The notes under the pieces are model-generated. The model did no database searches and had not been told where the DNA came from. It saw only the letters and a list, made by a program, of their open reading frames with translations. A stretch of 32,000 bases of DNA from Mesoplasma florum L1 (GTDB lineage Bacteria > Bacillota_I > Bacilli_A > Mycoplasmatales > Mycoplasmataceae). Positions 10,543-20,536 of the stretch are shown piece after piece; the stretch's first letter is position 1; each line of letters starts with the position of its first letter. The position numbers and the translations under genes are program-made. Location of the stretch: positions 761,225-793,224 of the forward strand of contig NC_006055.1 in assembly GCF_000008305.1 (NCBI RefSeq). The letters are read 5' to 3'.

Positions 10543-11250
10543 TTAGTTAGATTCAACAGCAGCATCTAAAGCAATTTCAACCATTTGCATAAAATTGTTT
10601 TGTCTTTCTTCGGCTGTCGTAACCTCTTTTGTTACCAAGTTATCTGATATTGTTAATAAACATGCAGCTTGTTTTTTAGCTTTTATTGCATTTGCAAATA
10701 AAGCAACAGATTCCATTTCAACAACATCTAAATTGTTTTCTTTTACAAATTCAGTAATATCATCATGACGGTAAAATACATCTGCTGAATGTGCTCTTCC
10801 AGTTAATGTTTTAATTTTTTTATCTTTAGCAATTTTTTCAATCAATGAATAAAGTTTATCTCCTGCTTTAATAACTTTATCATCAATATTTGCTGCTAAT
10901 TTAGCATAGTTACTATCTCCATATGCTTCTTTTACATTGTAAACATCATAAACTTTGATTTCTTCTTTGTAACTTCCAGCTGAACCAATTCTAATAATGT
11001 TTTCTACATTATAAAAATTGAATAGCTCATATGAATATATTCCAATACTTGGGCAGCCCATTCCGCTTCCTGCTATTGTTACTTGTATACCTTTATATGT
11101 TCCTGTGTACATGAACATATTTCTAACTTCGTTAACTAACTTAACATTTTCTAAATATGTTTCAGCAATTTTCTTAGCTCTTAATGGGTCTCCTGGCATT
11201 AAAACAGTTTTTGCAATATCTTCTTTTTTTGCACTAATGTGTGGTGTCAT
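10543..11250 (-). CDS. deoD: Purine nucleoside phosphorylase, DeoD type (235 aa)
   Basis: Intact track ORF. MTPHISAKKEDIAKTVLMPGDPLRAKKIAE...GSGMGCPS...EMESVALF is the characteristic hexameric PNP/DeoD sequence. SD AGAGGAA. TAA stop. Confidence 0.95.
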   Translation of the reverse strand: MTPHISAKKEDIAKTVLMPGDPLRAKKIAETYLENVKLVNEVRNMFMYTGTYKGIQVTIAGSGMGCPSIGIYSYELFNFYNVENIIRIGSAGSYKEEIKVYDVYNVKEAYGDSNYAKLAANIDDKVIKAGDKLYSLIEKIAKDKKIKTLTGRAHSADVFYRHDDITEFVKENNLDVVEMESVALFANAIKAKKQAACLLTISDNLVTKEVTTAEERQNNFMQMVEIALDAAVESN

Positions 11251-11278
11251 AATAATTCCTCTTTTTTCTAATATTATT

Positions 11279-12178
11279 TTATCTTAAAGTTTTATCAAAT
11301 GGTACACCACTTGCTTGTGGCGGTGATGATCATTTTGATGCAATAACCATTACAACAATTGACATGATGAATGGAAGTGCTCTTGGCAATGAGTTTCATC
11401 CCGTAATTCTTTGACCTATACTAAACATTATTGAAAATATTATACAGAACATAACAATTAGGCTCACTCTTCATTGACCAATTATCATAATAGCTAATGC
11501 AATAAACCCTAATCCTTGAACACTTCCATTAAAATTTTGAAGTGATTGGGTAACAACAAACATTGTTCCTGCTAAACCAGCTATAGCACCTGAAATAATT
11601 ATACAAACAAATCTATATCTATTAACTTTAACACCTGCTGCATCTAAAGCTTGTGGGTTTTCCCCAGCAGCTATATGCCTTGTACCTACTTTTGTAAAAG
11701 TAAAATATAAACCTATTGTAACAGTTACTAGCATTGTAAATATGGCATAAGCAATAAAGTAATTTAATGATATTAGCTTAGGGCTTAGCGAACCTAAAAT
11801 AGTTCCACCAGTTCCGAATCCTTGAATATGAACAATAAATAATGCAATACCTTGAGCTAATAAATTAATTACTGTACCAGAAATAATTTGATCTGTTTTT
11901 AATTTTAAAACCATTAATGTTTGTAACAATGAAAATAAACCTGCAACAACCATTGAGAATAGCGCACCAATTAATAAGTATAAGACATGTAAGTCTTCAA
12001 CGTTATTTGATGTTTTTTTAACCATAAAGCAAAATGACACGTATGCCAAAGCCCCGATTGTCATAAAACCTTCAATCCCAAGGTTTACAACCCCTGATCT
12101 TTCAGAAAACATTCCTGATATAGCGGCTAATGTGAAAACAACAAAAAATCCTAACGCTAAACTAAATATTGCTTCCAT
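11279..12178 (-). CDS. Nucleoside/sugar ABC transporter permease 2 (YufQ/NupQ/RnsD-like, 299 aa)
   Basis: Track ORF 11471-12178 (SERSGVVNLGIEGFMTIGAL motif) ends at a TGA. My codon-by-codon extension reaches TAA 11279-11281. SD GGAGG lies upstream of ATG 12178. Confidence 0.88.
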
Positions 12179-14000
12179 AAATTTTTACAACCTCCATTTG
12201 TTTTTCTAGTAGATCGATTTTTAATTTTCTAATTTTTAATTTTTTAAATGTTCTAGAACCTTTTTTTGCTTCTAACTCTTTTATTTCTTTTTTATAAATT
12301 AGTTTTAAATCATTTAAATATGTTTTTGCTTCTTGTTTTGTTGATGCAAAATTATTTTTAAAATATTTTATTTGCGACTCTTGCTTATTAATTAAAGAAG
12401 CAGCTTTTAATTCTAACTTATTTTTCTTAGCTATTAATTTTTCTTGTTCTTTAATATTTGAATTTGATAAAGATTCTTTTATATTTTGTATTTCAGATTC
12501 TATTGAAACAACCTGATCCAAAATAGGAAATGTTGTAGAATTATATTTACCTTCATAAACTTTTTTCAAACCTTTAATTGAATGTTCATTATATTTATCT
12601 AGCTCTTTATTTATAAATAAGTGTTTTTCCAATTTTAAATCTTTTATTTTATTTTTAATTTTTGAAATTTGGAATGCTTTATTTTCTTTATACTCATTTG
12701 TTAGACTGTTTAATTCATCTCTTAAAATTTCAAGATTTTCTGACTTATTTTGTATTTGTTTTTTCAACTCTTTTATTTTTAATTTTTCATTTGTTGAATC
12801 TAAATTCAAAATAAGGATATTTTTTTCTTTTTTCAATTCTTTAATATCAGAATTTATAATTTCAATTTCAGTTTTAAATTTTGGATCTCTAATTTTATGA
12901 ATAATAATATTTACATAATTAGAAATATTTATTTTCATTAATAATAGATACATAGTTGAGAACAATATTATTATTCCAAATAATAAATCTGATGTTTCTG
13001 AAGGAAGTCCCATATATTGAGGTGAATTCATAGTTAATTGAATTCCATCTTTTAAAACAGCTCACAATATTGCAACTGGTATTATTCCCAAGAAGTTATT
13101 AAATGCAACTAATGCAATTGGTATACCATCAAATCCTAATAAAGGCATAATGTCATTTGTTACAGATATATTACTTTTTAAACCAAAGTAATAAAAGAAT
13201 CCTGCGGCCGATATAAAAACCCCTTGTAAGGCTGTTACACCAATAATAAATGAGTTTGTTTTTATACCTGCATATTTAGCTGCTGTAGATTGAGTTCCAA
13301 CAACTTTATATTTATAACCAACTGTTGTAGTTTCACAAACAACAAATACCAATACTATTGAAACTAGAGCAAAGATAATTGCAAATACTCACAACTGTGA
13401 TCCAAATACTTCAGGTAAATTTGGTGAGTTTAATTGAGTATCAAATTTAATAAATAAAACGTATTTAAGTAAATATCACAATATTCAGTTTATAACTATT
13501 GAAGTTGCAACTTCATGAATATTGAATAAAACTTTTAATATCCCAGTAAGTGATGAAACTATTGCACCTGATACTATAAAAATTAGAAATAATAAAATTC
13601 CATATCCACCAGGTAAATTAGAGAAATCAGAACCACCTGTTACAGCATTCAAGAATAGATATGTTATTAATAAACCACCTATCGCTTGACCACTACCTCC
13701 CATATTAAACAGTTTTATTCTAAAACCTAATGCTAATCCAAGACCTAAAAGTATAAATACAGCTAATAATATAACTGTCCCTTCTGGTTCAACTGGTGAA
13801 GTAAAAGGTTTAATTAAACTACTAAAAATAAAACCAAACCCATTCATACCAAAGCAATATAAAAATATAATTCCACAAAGCAATCCTAATATAATTGAAA
13901 TGAATGATACTTTGACATAAGAAGTTTTTGTTTTAAAAGTGGTTGATTTAATATATGCTATTGATTTTGTTTTAAATTTTCATTGATTAATTTTTCTCAT
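12162..14000 (-). CDS. Nucleoside/sugar ABC transporter permease 1 (YufP/NupP/RnsC-like) with 257-aa C-terminal coiled-coil extension (612 aa)
   Basis: Track ORFs 13485-13883, 13062-13352 and 12162-13031 share one frame (offsets are multiples of 3). I translated the 13031-13064 junction and it contains only a TGA. ATG 14000 lies 3 nt after the ATPase stop. The TM core is about 355 aa (LFNMGGSGQAIGG motif). It is followed by a K/E/N-rich tail ending at TAG 12162-12164. Confidence 0.85.
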
Positions 14001-14003
14001 AAA

Positions 14004-15539
14004 TTACTCCACCACCGATGAAACCATCATCTCTCCTAATTTTTCCCTTGTCGCATTTTTACCTGAAATTTCTCCAACTATTTGACCTGAATTTAAAACT
14101 AAAATGCGATCTGATAGTTGCAATATTTCTGATAACTCATATGAAATTAATAAAATAGCTTTTCCTTCTTCTTTTGCTTTTAATATTTCTGAATGAATAA
14201 ATTCAATTGAACCCACATCTAAACCTCTTGTTGGCTGAAATATTATTATGAAATTGTTGTCTCTTGAAAGTTCACGGCCAATTATCATTTTTTGTTGGTT
14301 ACCACCTGATAGTTGTCTAGCTATCGCAAACCCTGCATCAGCATTTCTAACATCAAATTTACTAATTATTTTTTGTGTATGAGTTTGCATTGCAGTTTTG
14401 TTTATAAAACCATGCTTACTATATTTCTTAGTTGAAATATCTTGAAGTGCAACATTAGTAATTAAGTTTGCGTCTAAAACTAAACCAAATTTATGTCTAT
14501 CTTCTGGGATAAACCCCATTTTATGAACATTATATCTTTTGCTTATTGATTCATGAGTAATGTTTTTATCATTGACATATATTTTTCCACTATCAACTTT
14601 AGTCATTCCACTTAATGCTTCAGCCAATTCTATTTGTCCATTCCCTTCAACACCAGCTATTCCCAAAATTTCTCCGGCTTTGATTGTCGTTGAAAAATTC
14701 TTTAAACCTAAAACTTTGTTATTACTATGTTTTTTTACATTTAAATTCTTAATAACAATTAAGTCTTCATTGTTATTTTGTTTATGAGTGTTTTTTATTT
14801 CAATTATTTTTCTTCCAACCATGGCTTCTGCTAATTTGCTTGCAGAAGTTTTCTTAACATCAAAAGTTCCAACATAATGTCCTTTACGGATTATGGTTGC
14901 TCTGTCTGCAACTTCTTTAATTTCTGCCATTTTATGTGTTATTAAAATTATTGTTTTTCCCATGCCTTTTAATTCTTTTATCACTTTTAAAAGACCATCT
15001 ATTTCTGATGGTGTTAGAACAGCTGTTGGTTCATCAAAAACCATTATCTCAGCTTTTCTGTAAAGAATTTTTAATATTTCTACTCTTTGTTTCATTCCTA
15101 CAGAAATATCTTTAACCTTGGCATTTAAATCAACTTCAAGATTATATTCCTTCATTATTGAAGTTAAATCTTCAATGATTTTTTTCTTATTAATTATTTG
15201 TTTATACTGAGTTTCTTCAGAACCTAAAATTATGTTCTTTCAAACAGGAAATATATCGACCAATTTAAAATGTTGGTGAACCATTCCTATTCCTAATTTA
15301 GTTGCTTTTACCGGCGAAGATATTATTTCTTCTTTACCGTTTATAAATATATTTCCCTCTGTTGGTTCATAAATCCCAAACAAGATTGACATTAATGTAG
15401 ATTTACCTGCACCATTCTCGCCCATTAAAGCATGTACTTCACCTTTTTTGACATCTAAATTAATGTTTTTATTGGCAATGATTTTTTTATTGAAAATCAT
15501 TGAAATATTTTTCATTTCTACAGCATTAATATTTTTCAT
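14004..15539 (-). CDS. ABC transporter ATP-binding protein, duplicated ATPase (YufO/NupO/RnsA-like, 511 aa)
   Basis: Track ORFs 15240-15539 (Walker A GENGAGKST) and 14004-15155 (LSGGNQQK signature, second P-loop GVEGNGQ) are in frame across a TGA. SD AAAGGAGAA. TAA stop at 14004-14006. Confidence 0.93.
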
Positions 15540-15548
15540 GATTCTCCT

Positions 15549-16922
15549 TTACTCATTAATTTTTTTTGTACTTTTGTTAAGTTCGTTTAGTATAGTATCA
15601 GCGTAATCTTTAATTGGTTCTTGCGCGATTATAGTTCCTGTTGAAGGTATTGTTCCATTGATATATTTAGAAAATAATGATTTTGAAGCCTCTGTCAGAG
15701 CTTCTGCACTAAAGTATTTTTTAATTTTAATAGCTAAATCTTCATCTAAAAGATTTGATCCTCCATAAGACATTGTTCCGTTAACTCAAACATCAGTGCC
15801 TGTTCAAAGTTCTTTGTCACCTATGTTTACATCCACAAACTCTGATTTATTATCAGTTATAACTTCTTTTGTTATTTGAATTTTATCTTTATAACCTTCA
15901 TCCACTTTTTTTAAAATATCTGGGTATTGTTCATTATTCATTCATTCCGGAGTGTGAGCCAAAGAAACTATTGCTGCATTTTTTAAATCTTTCTCTGCTG
16001 AAGTAATAAACCTATTTTGAGCATCTTTCCCATATGATTCTGCTTGATTTGTATCCACTCCTATCACTTTTCAAGATGTATCATAACTAAGCGCATCAGA
16101 AGTTTGAGGACCCGCAACAGGCATTAAAACATTTGGCTTAATTGATTTTGAGGTGTCTCTTAAATTATCTAATACTAGTTTTGATTGACCTATAAGGAAA
16201 CTATTTGAAAATCATGTTGTATCATCTTTAGACTTCGGTCAACCTGTTTGAGCTTTTGTAACAGTTACATTTCTAGTTGCTTCAGGGATATCAAAATGAT
16301 TTAAAAATTCTGTATCTTTTGCTAAATAATTATAAACTTCTATCGAAGCCAAGTATCCAACAATAAAGTTATCAACTGATGCTGGATTAGAAACTCCACC
16401 ATAAGCACCTAGTGATAGTGTATTATTTGTATAATTTTCGTTTTTTAATGAATATATTATTGATGACATTCCAGCGTAGAATCCAGAAACATCTCCCCTA
16501 AACACAACTCCTATTTCATTATTTGCTGCGCTATTTGAATCTAATATTATTGTAGATCCAGAATTTTTCATAACTTCTGCGGCTTGGTGTTCACCTTCAC
16601 CAGGCATTGCATGGTGAAAACCTGGAAGTAAAAGTGTTTTTGCATTGTTGCTTTCAGCAGTTTTATACGCTCTCTTCATTGTTTTTGGTGCTGTTGACTC
16701 AGGTTGTATGTATGCGATTTTTTGGTTTATTCCCAAAATTTCTTGAACAAACTCTGTTCCAGCTTCGTATGTTGATTGATTGAAAGATTTATCATCTACT
16801 TTACCTGAATCGGTAATTAAATAGATTTCACCAAAGTGTTTTTCTGTACCGCAAGAAATTACTGTAGTGGCACTAGTGCTTATTATTGTAGTACTCAATA
16901 AAGCTAATAATAGTTTTTTCAT
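15549..16922 (-). CDS. BMP-family ABC substrate-binding lipoprotein (PnrA/YufN/RnsB-like, 457 aa)
   Basis: Signal peptide plus lipobox MKKLLLALLSTTIISTSATTVISC-G. Track ORFs 16239-16922 and 15549-15773 are in frame (offset 690) and bridged by TGA codons. SD AGAAGGAG lies before ATG 16922. Confidence 0.88.
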
Positions 16923-16940
16923 TAATACTCCTTCTAAAAC

Positions 16941-16975
16941 AAAATAAAAAAGGTTTCTTATTAACTAAAAAACCT
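16941..16975 (-). terminator. Expression-platform terminator of the riboswitch
   Basis: Minus-strand AGGTTTTTT (16967-16975) pairs with AAGAAACCT (16951-16959), 9 bp including one G.U, with a 7-nt loop. TTTTTTATTTT follows. It lies between the aptamer and the SD of the lipoprotein gene. Confidence 0.7.
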
Positions 16976-16980
16976 CTGCG

Positions 16981-17041
16981 CTTATAGTCTTTGGATGGGT
17001 CCTAAGGCAGGTCGACAACCCGTTATGTTGTCATGTATAAG
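16981..17041 (-). promoter_or_regulatory. Purine-riboswitch-fold aptamer (guanine/2'-deoxyguanosine class)
   Basis: Minus strand: CTTATA-CAT-GACAAC-ATAACGG-GTTGTC-GACCTGC-CTTAGGA-CCCA-TCCAAAG-AC-TATAAG. P1 is 6 bp, P2 is 6 bp with a 7-nt L2, and P3 is 7 positions with one A.A and a 4-nt L3. The GG of L2 is complementary to the CC of L3. J3/1 carries the specificity C. It sits in the 5' UTR of a nucleoside uptake/deoD operon. Confidence 0.8.
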
Positions 17042-17066
17042 TTTTTTTTATTCAATTGTTTGAAAT

Positions 17067-17072
17067 ATTATA
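17067..17072 (-). promoter_or_regulatory. Candidate -10 box (TATAAT) for the riboswitch/nucleoside operon
   Basis: Exact TATAAT on the minus strand, about 25 nt upstream of the aptamer P1 and downstream of the preceding terminator. The -35 box is weak. Confidence 0.4.
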
Positions 17073-17107
17073 TCTTTTTTTATTTATAAATAAAAGCACA
17101 AATAAAA

Positions 17108-17125
17108 AAACACCTGTCGGCGTTT
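17108..17125 (-). terminator. Rho-independent terminator after the HU-like gene
   Basis: Minus-strand AAACGCC GACA GGTGTTT (7 bp including one G.U) followed by TTTTTTTATTT. It starts 8 nt after TAA 17133-17135. Confidence 0.65.
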
Positions 17126-17132
17126 TTATTAA

Positions 17133-18458
17133 TTATTTTTTAATTTCTTTTTTGACTTTTGTTAAACCTGTTCATTTACCTTTTGACATATTTTCTTTTA
17201 AATGTTTATTGGCTTTGAATTTAACTGTATTTGACGCAGGAATATCAATTGTTTCACCTGTTGATGGGTTAATACCTTTTTTAGCTTCCTTGTGTATTTT
17301 TGTTAGTTTTCCAAAATTTGAAATTAAAACTTCTTCATTATTTATAATTGCATTGCTCATGATTTCAAAAGCACTATCAACTACTTCTTTAACAGATTTT
17401 TTGCTAAATTCTGAATGAGTTTCTTCTAACTTAATTAAAAGATCTTTTTTAGAAACTTGATTGTAGTGTTTTTTAATAACATATTTTGATTCAGTTTTAG
17501 CTGTTGCTGCTACTTTAGTTTCTTCAACTTTAACTTCTTCAACTTTTTTAGCTACTGGTTTTTTAGCTACTGGTTTTTTAGCAACTACTTTAGCTTCTTC
17601 AACTTTTTTAGCCGCTGGTTTTTTAGCCGCTGGTTTTTTAGCAACTACTTTAGCTTCTTCAACTTTAGCTTCTTCAACTTTTTTAGCCGCTGGTTTTTTA
17701 GCTACTGGTTTTTTAGCAACTACTTTAGCTTCTTCAACTTTTTTAGCTGCCGGTTTTTTAGCTACTGGTTTTTTAGCAACTACTTTAGCTTCTTCAACTT
17801 TTTTAGCTGCCGGTTTTTTAGCTACTGGTTTTTTAGCAACTACTTTAGCTTCTTCAACTTTAACTTCTTCAACTTTAACTTCTTCAACTTTTTTAGCTAC
17901 TGGTTTTTTTACTTTTTTCTTAACTGGTTGTTTTGCTACAATTTCTTCTTCTAATTTTTCTTCTAATTCAATTGCTTCTTGTTTAATTTCTTCTTTAGTA
18001 ATTTCTTTAGTTTCTTCAATAGCAGTTGTTGTTCCTTTTTCTGAAAGAATCTTGTTAATTTTATTTTCTTTTACAAAACTCAATACTATTGAAACTACTA
18101 AAAAGATGATTCCAACAAGAGCTATTCAGTTAATTAATAAATCTCAAAAAATTGGCAACAAGAATGTACTATATGTTTCTGTTGTTCCAACAGTTGCAAC
18201 TAATTTGAATTGAGCAAATGATTTGAATCCCATTGGACCTGCTAAAAAATGACTTAGACCTTTATCTGTAAATCACACTGCATTTATGTGTTTACTTTCT
18301 ATTAATCCAGAGCCTGCAATTGTTTGTGCTCATTGTGATGTTCCATTTGTAGCTTGGTTTATAAGTTTAAATGCAAATATTAAAGCTATAAATAAAACTA
18401 AAAGAAATATTAAAGCAATGGTTCTTGTGTGCTTTTTATTTTTCATTTCGATTGACAT
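17133..18458 (-). CDS. Membrane-anchored HU/IHF-fold DNA-binding protein with lysine-rich tandem repeats (441 aa)
   Basis: The M of track ORF 17172-18083 is a TTG and its stop is a TGA. In code 4 the frame runs from ATG 18458 (SD AGGAGG) to TAA 17133-17135. Order of parts: two hydrophobic spans (TIALIFLLVLFIALIFAF; WIALVGIIFLVVSIVL), an acidic linker, (VEEAKVVAKKPxAKKPxAKK)x5, then the HU domain ...NFGKLTKIHKEAKKGINPSTGETIDIPASNTVKFKANKHLKE. Confidence 0.8.
17514..17905. repeat. In-frame tandem repeat array (60-bp units plus 15-bp sub-units) inside the HU-like gene
   Basis: 17701-17760 and 17761-17820 are identical, and the identity continues to about 17860. Earlier units (about 17544, 17604, 17679) differ by a few substitutions. 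15-bp tttaRcttcttcaac units flank the array. Confidence 0.95.
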
Positions 18459-18522
18459 GATTATGCCTCCTTCTTTTTTATATAATTATAAACAAATTAT
18501 TTTGCTGAGTGAACTTTTAGTG

Positions 18523-20403
18523 TTACTTTTGCTCCGTTGCATAGTTATTTTTAAGATAAAACAGCAACATTTGTATGTCTGCAGGGTTAACTCCAGTAAT
18601 TCTAGAAGCTTGTCCTATGTTTAATGGTTTAACTTTTTTTAACTTTTGTCTAGCTTCTGTTGCTAAATTTTCAACCTTATCATAATCAATATCTGAAGGT
18701 ATTTTTTTCTTTTCAAGCTTAACAAGTCTTTCAACAGTTTTTCTTTCTGTTTTTACATAACCGGCAAATCTAGTTTCTATTACAATAGACTGAAGTTGAT
18801 TATTTTTTAGGTTTTGTAAAGAACTAATGTACGGAATCATAACCTCTATATCAACAGTTGGTATTTTTAAAATTTCAATACCACTATATCCATGACTTAA
18901 GTCTGCTTGACCTAATTCTTTTAATTTTATTGCTAGTTCAGACTTAGGAGTAAATCTGATTTCTTCAAGCTCTTTTATTGCGTTATTAATTTCTTCTGTG
19001 TATTTCAAGTATTCATTATATTCTGCTTGTTTAATTAGGCCTATCTCATATCCTTTTTCTTTTAGCCTATGTTCAGCGTTATCATTTCTTAACAATAATC
19101 TGTGTTCTGCCCTACTTGTTAAAAGTCTATAAGGTTCCCATACGCCTTTGTTAATTAAATCATCTATCATGACACCTATATATGCTTCATCTCTTCTTAA
19201 AATCAAAGGATCTAATCCATCAATTTTTCTAGATGCGTTAATACCAGCAATTAATCCTTGGCCAGCTGCCTCTTCATAACCACTAGTTCCATTTATTTGA
19301 CCTGCTGTAAATAAATTATTAATATTCTTAATTTCTAATGAGGGATTCAATTGCATAGGATTTACACAATCGTACTCAATGGCATATGCCCAAGTTTTTA
19401 CTTCAGCTTTTTCAAAACCTGGCAATGATCTTATCATTAACAATTGAACATCTGTTGGCATTGAAGTTGAAAATCCCTGAATATATCAAGCATCACCAGA
19501 AATTGATTCTGGCTCAATAAAAATTTGATGAGTTTCTTTTGATGAAAATCTTACAATTTTATCTTCAAAACTTGGACAGTATCTAGGACCTATAGATTCT
19601 ACTTTACCTGAATACATTGCTGATTTTGTCAAATTATCTTCGATTATTTTTTTTGTTTCAGAACTTGAATGAATTAAGTAGCAAAGTTCTTGCTTTTCAA
19701 TTGGTGTGTATTCATTTGTAGAAAAACTGAAAGCTAATTTTGCGTCAGTCCCTGGTTCTTTAATAGCTTTAGAAAGATCAACAGAGTTTTTGTATATTCT
19801 TGGAGGAGTTCCTGTTTTAAATCTAAAAAGTTCAACTCCAGATTTTTTTAAAGATTCACTTATTCCATTAGATGTCGGTTCTTCGTTTGGGCCTGAAGAA
19901 AATTTTTCATGTCCAGTTAAGATCTCTGATTTTAAATATGTTCCCGTTGTTAAAACAACACATTTTGATTTTAAAATTTCTCCATCTTTTAATAAAACAC
20001 CCGTTACTGTATTATTTTCAATAATAAGATCTGTTGCAATAGACTCTATTAATTGTAAATTTATTTGTTCTTCAACAATTTTTTGCATATATTTTGAATA
20101 TTCTTCTTTATCTGATTGGACTCTTAGTGCTCAAACACCAGGCCCTCTAGAAGAATTGAGTAGTTTTGTTTGTAAAGCTGTTTTATCAGCAGCTTTTGCC
20201 ATTTCGCCACCTAATGCGTCAATTTCTCTTACAACTATACCTTTTGCAGGTCCACCAACACTTGGGTTGCAAGGCATTGCGGCAATTCTATCTTTATAAA
20301 GATTAATTAATGCTGTTTTTTTGTTTAATCTTGCAGATGCCAAGGCAGCTTCAACACCTGCATGACCACCACCAATAACAATAACATCAAAATGTTTATT
20401 CAT
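18523..20403 (-). CDS. mnmG: tRNA uridine 5-carboxymethylaminomethyl modification enzyme MnmG/GidA (626 aa)
   Basis: Track ORFs 20131-20403 (FAD motif [14 protein letters not shown]), 19486-20088 and 18523-19461 share one frame and join through TGA. SD AAAAGGAGAA. TAA stop at 18523-18525. Confidence 0.97.
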
Positions 20404-20490
20404 AGCAATTCTCCTTTTCTAATTTTATGTCTATTTAATTTTAGTCTTTTTTAATTTATAAGCAATTATAAATAAATTACTTAAAGTAAA

Positions 20491-20510
20491 AAATACCTTA
20501 ACAGGTATTT
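20491..20510 (-). terminator. Rho-independent terminator after ftsH
   Basis: Stem aaatacct (20491-20498) with aggtattt (20503-20510), loop taac. T-run on the minus strand (the A-run 20486-20493 on +). Confidence 0.65.
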
Positions 20511-20536
20511 TAATTTTTATAAAAACCAACTTTAAT

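Noticed and set aside
17514-17905. A regularly spaced 60-bp repeat array that could be mistaken for a CRISPR array.
   Set aside because: The units are directly adjacent with no unique spacers. They are in frame within a CDS and encode a 20-aa peptide repeat. There are no cas genes in the window.
575-20299. Many track ORFs lie antisense to the conserved genes. Examples: 575-799(-), 1710-2081(+), 3871-4272(+), 6585-7100(+), 7144-7413(+), 8612-9038(+), 9807-10019(+), 11018-11287(+), 14560-14787(+), 17056-17418(+), 18286-18624(+), 19706-20299(+), and later 20565-20828, 21702-21908, 23984-24172, 25287-25499, 26248-26457, 27957-28184, 29706-29918.
   Set aside because: Each overlaps a well-supported gene on the opposite strand. 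Their translations are low-complexity (F/L/I/S/K-rich), they lack SD sequences and they show no recognisable motifs. They are shadow ORFs of the kind expected in AT-rich DNA.
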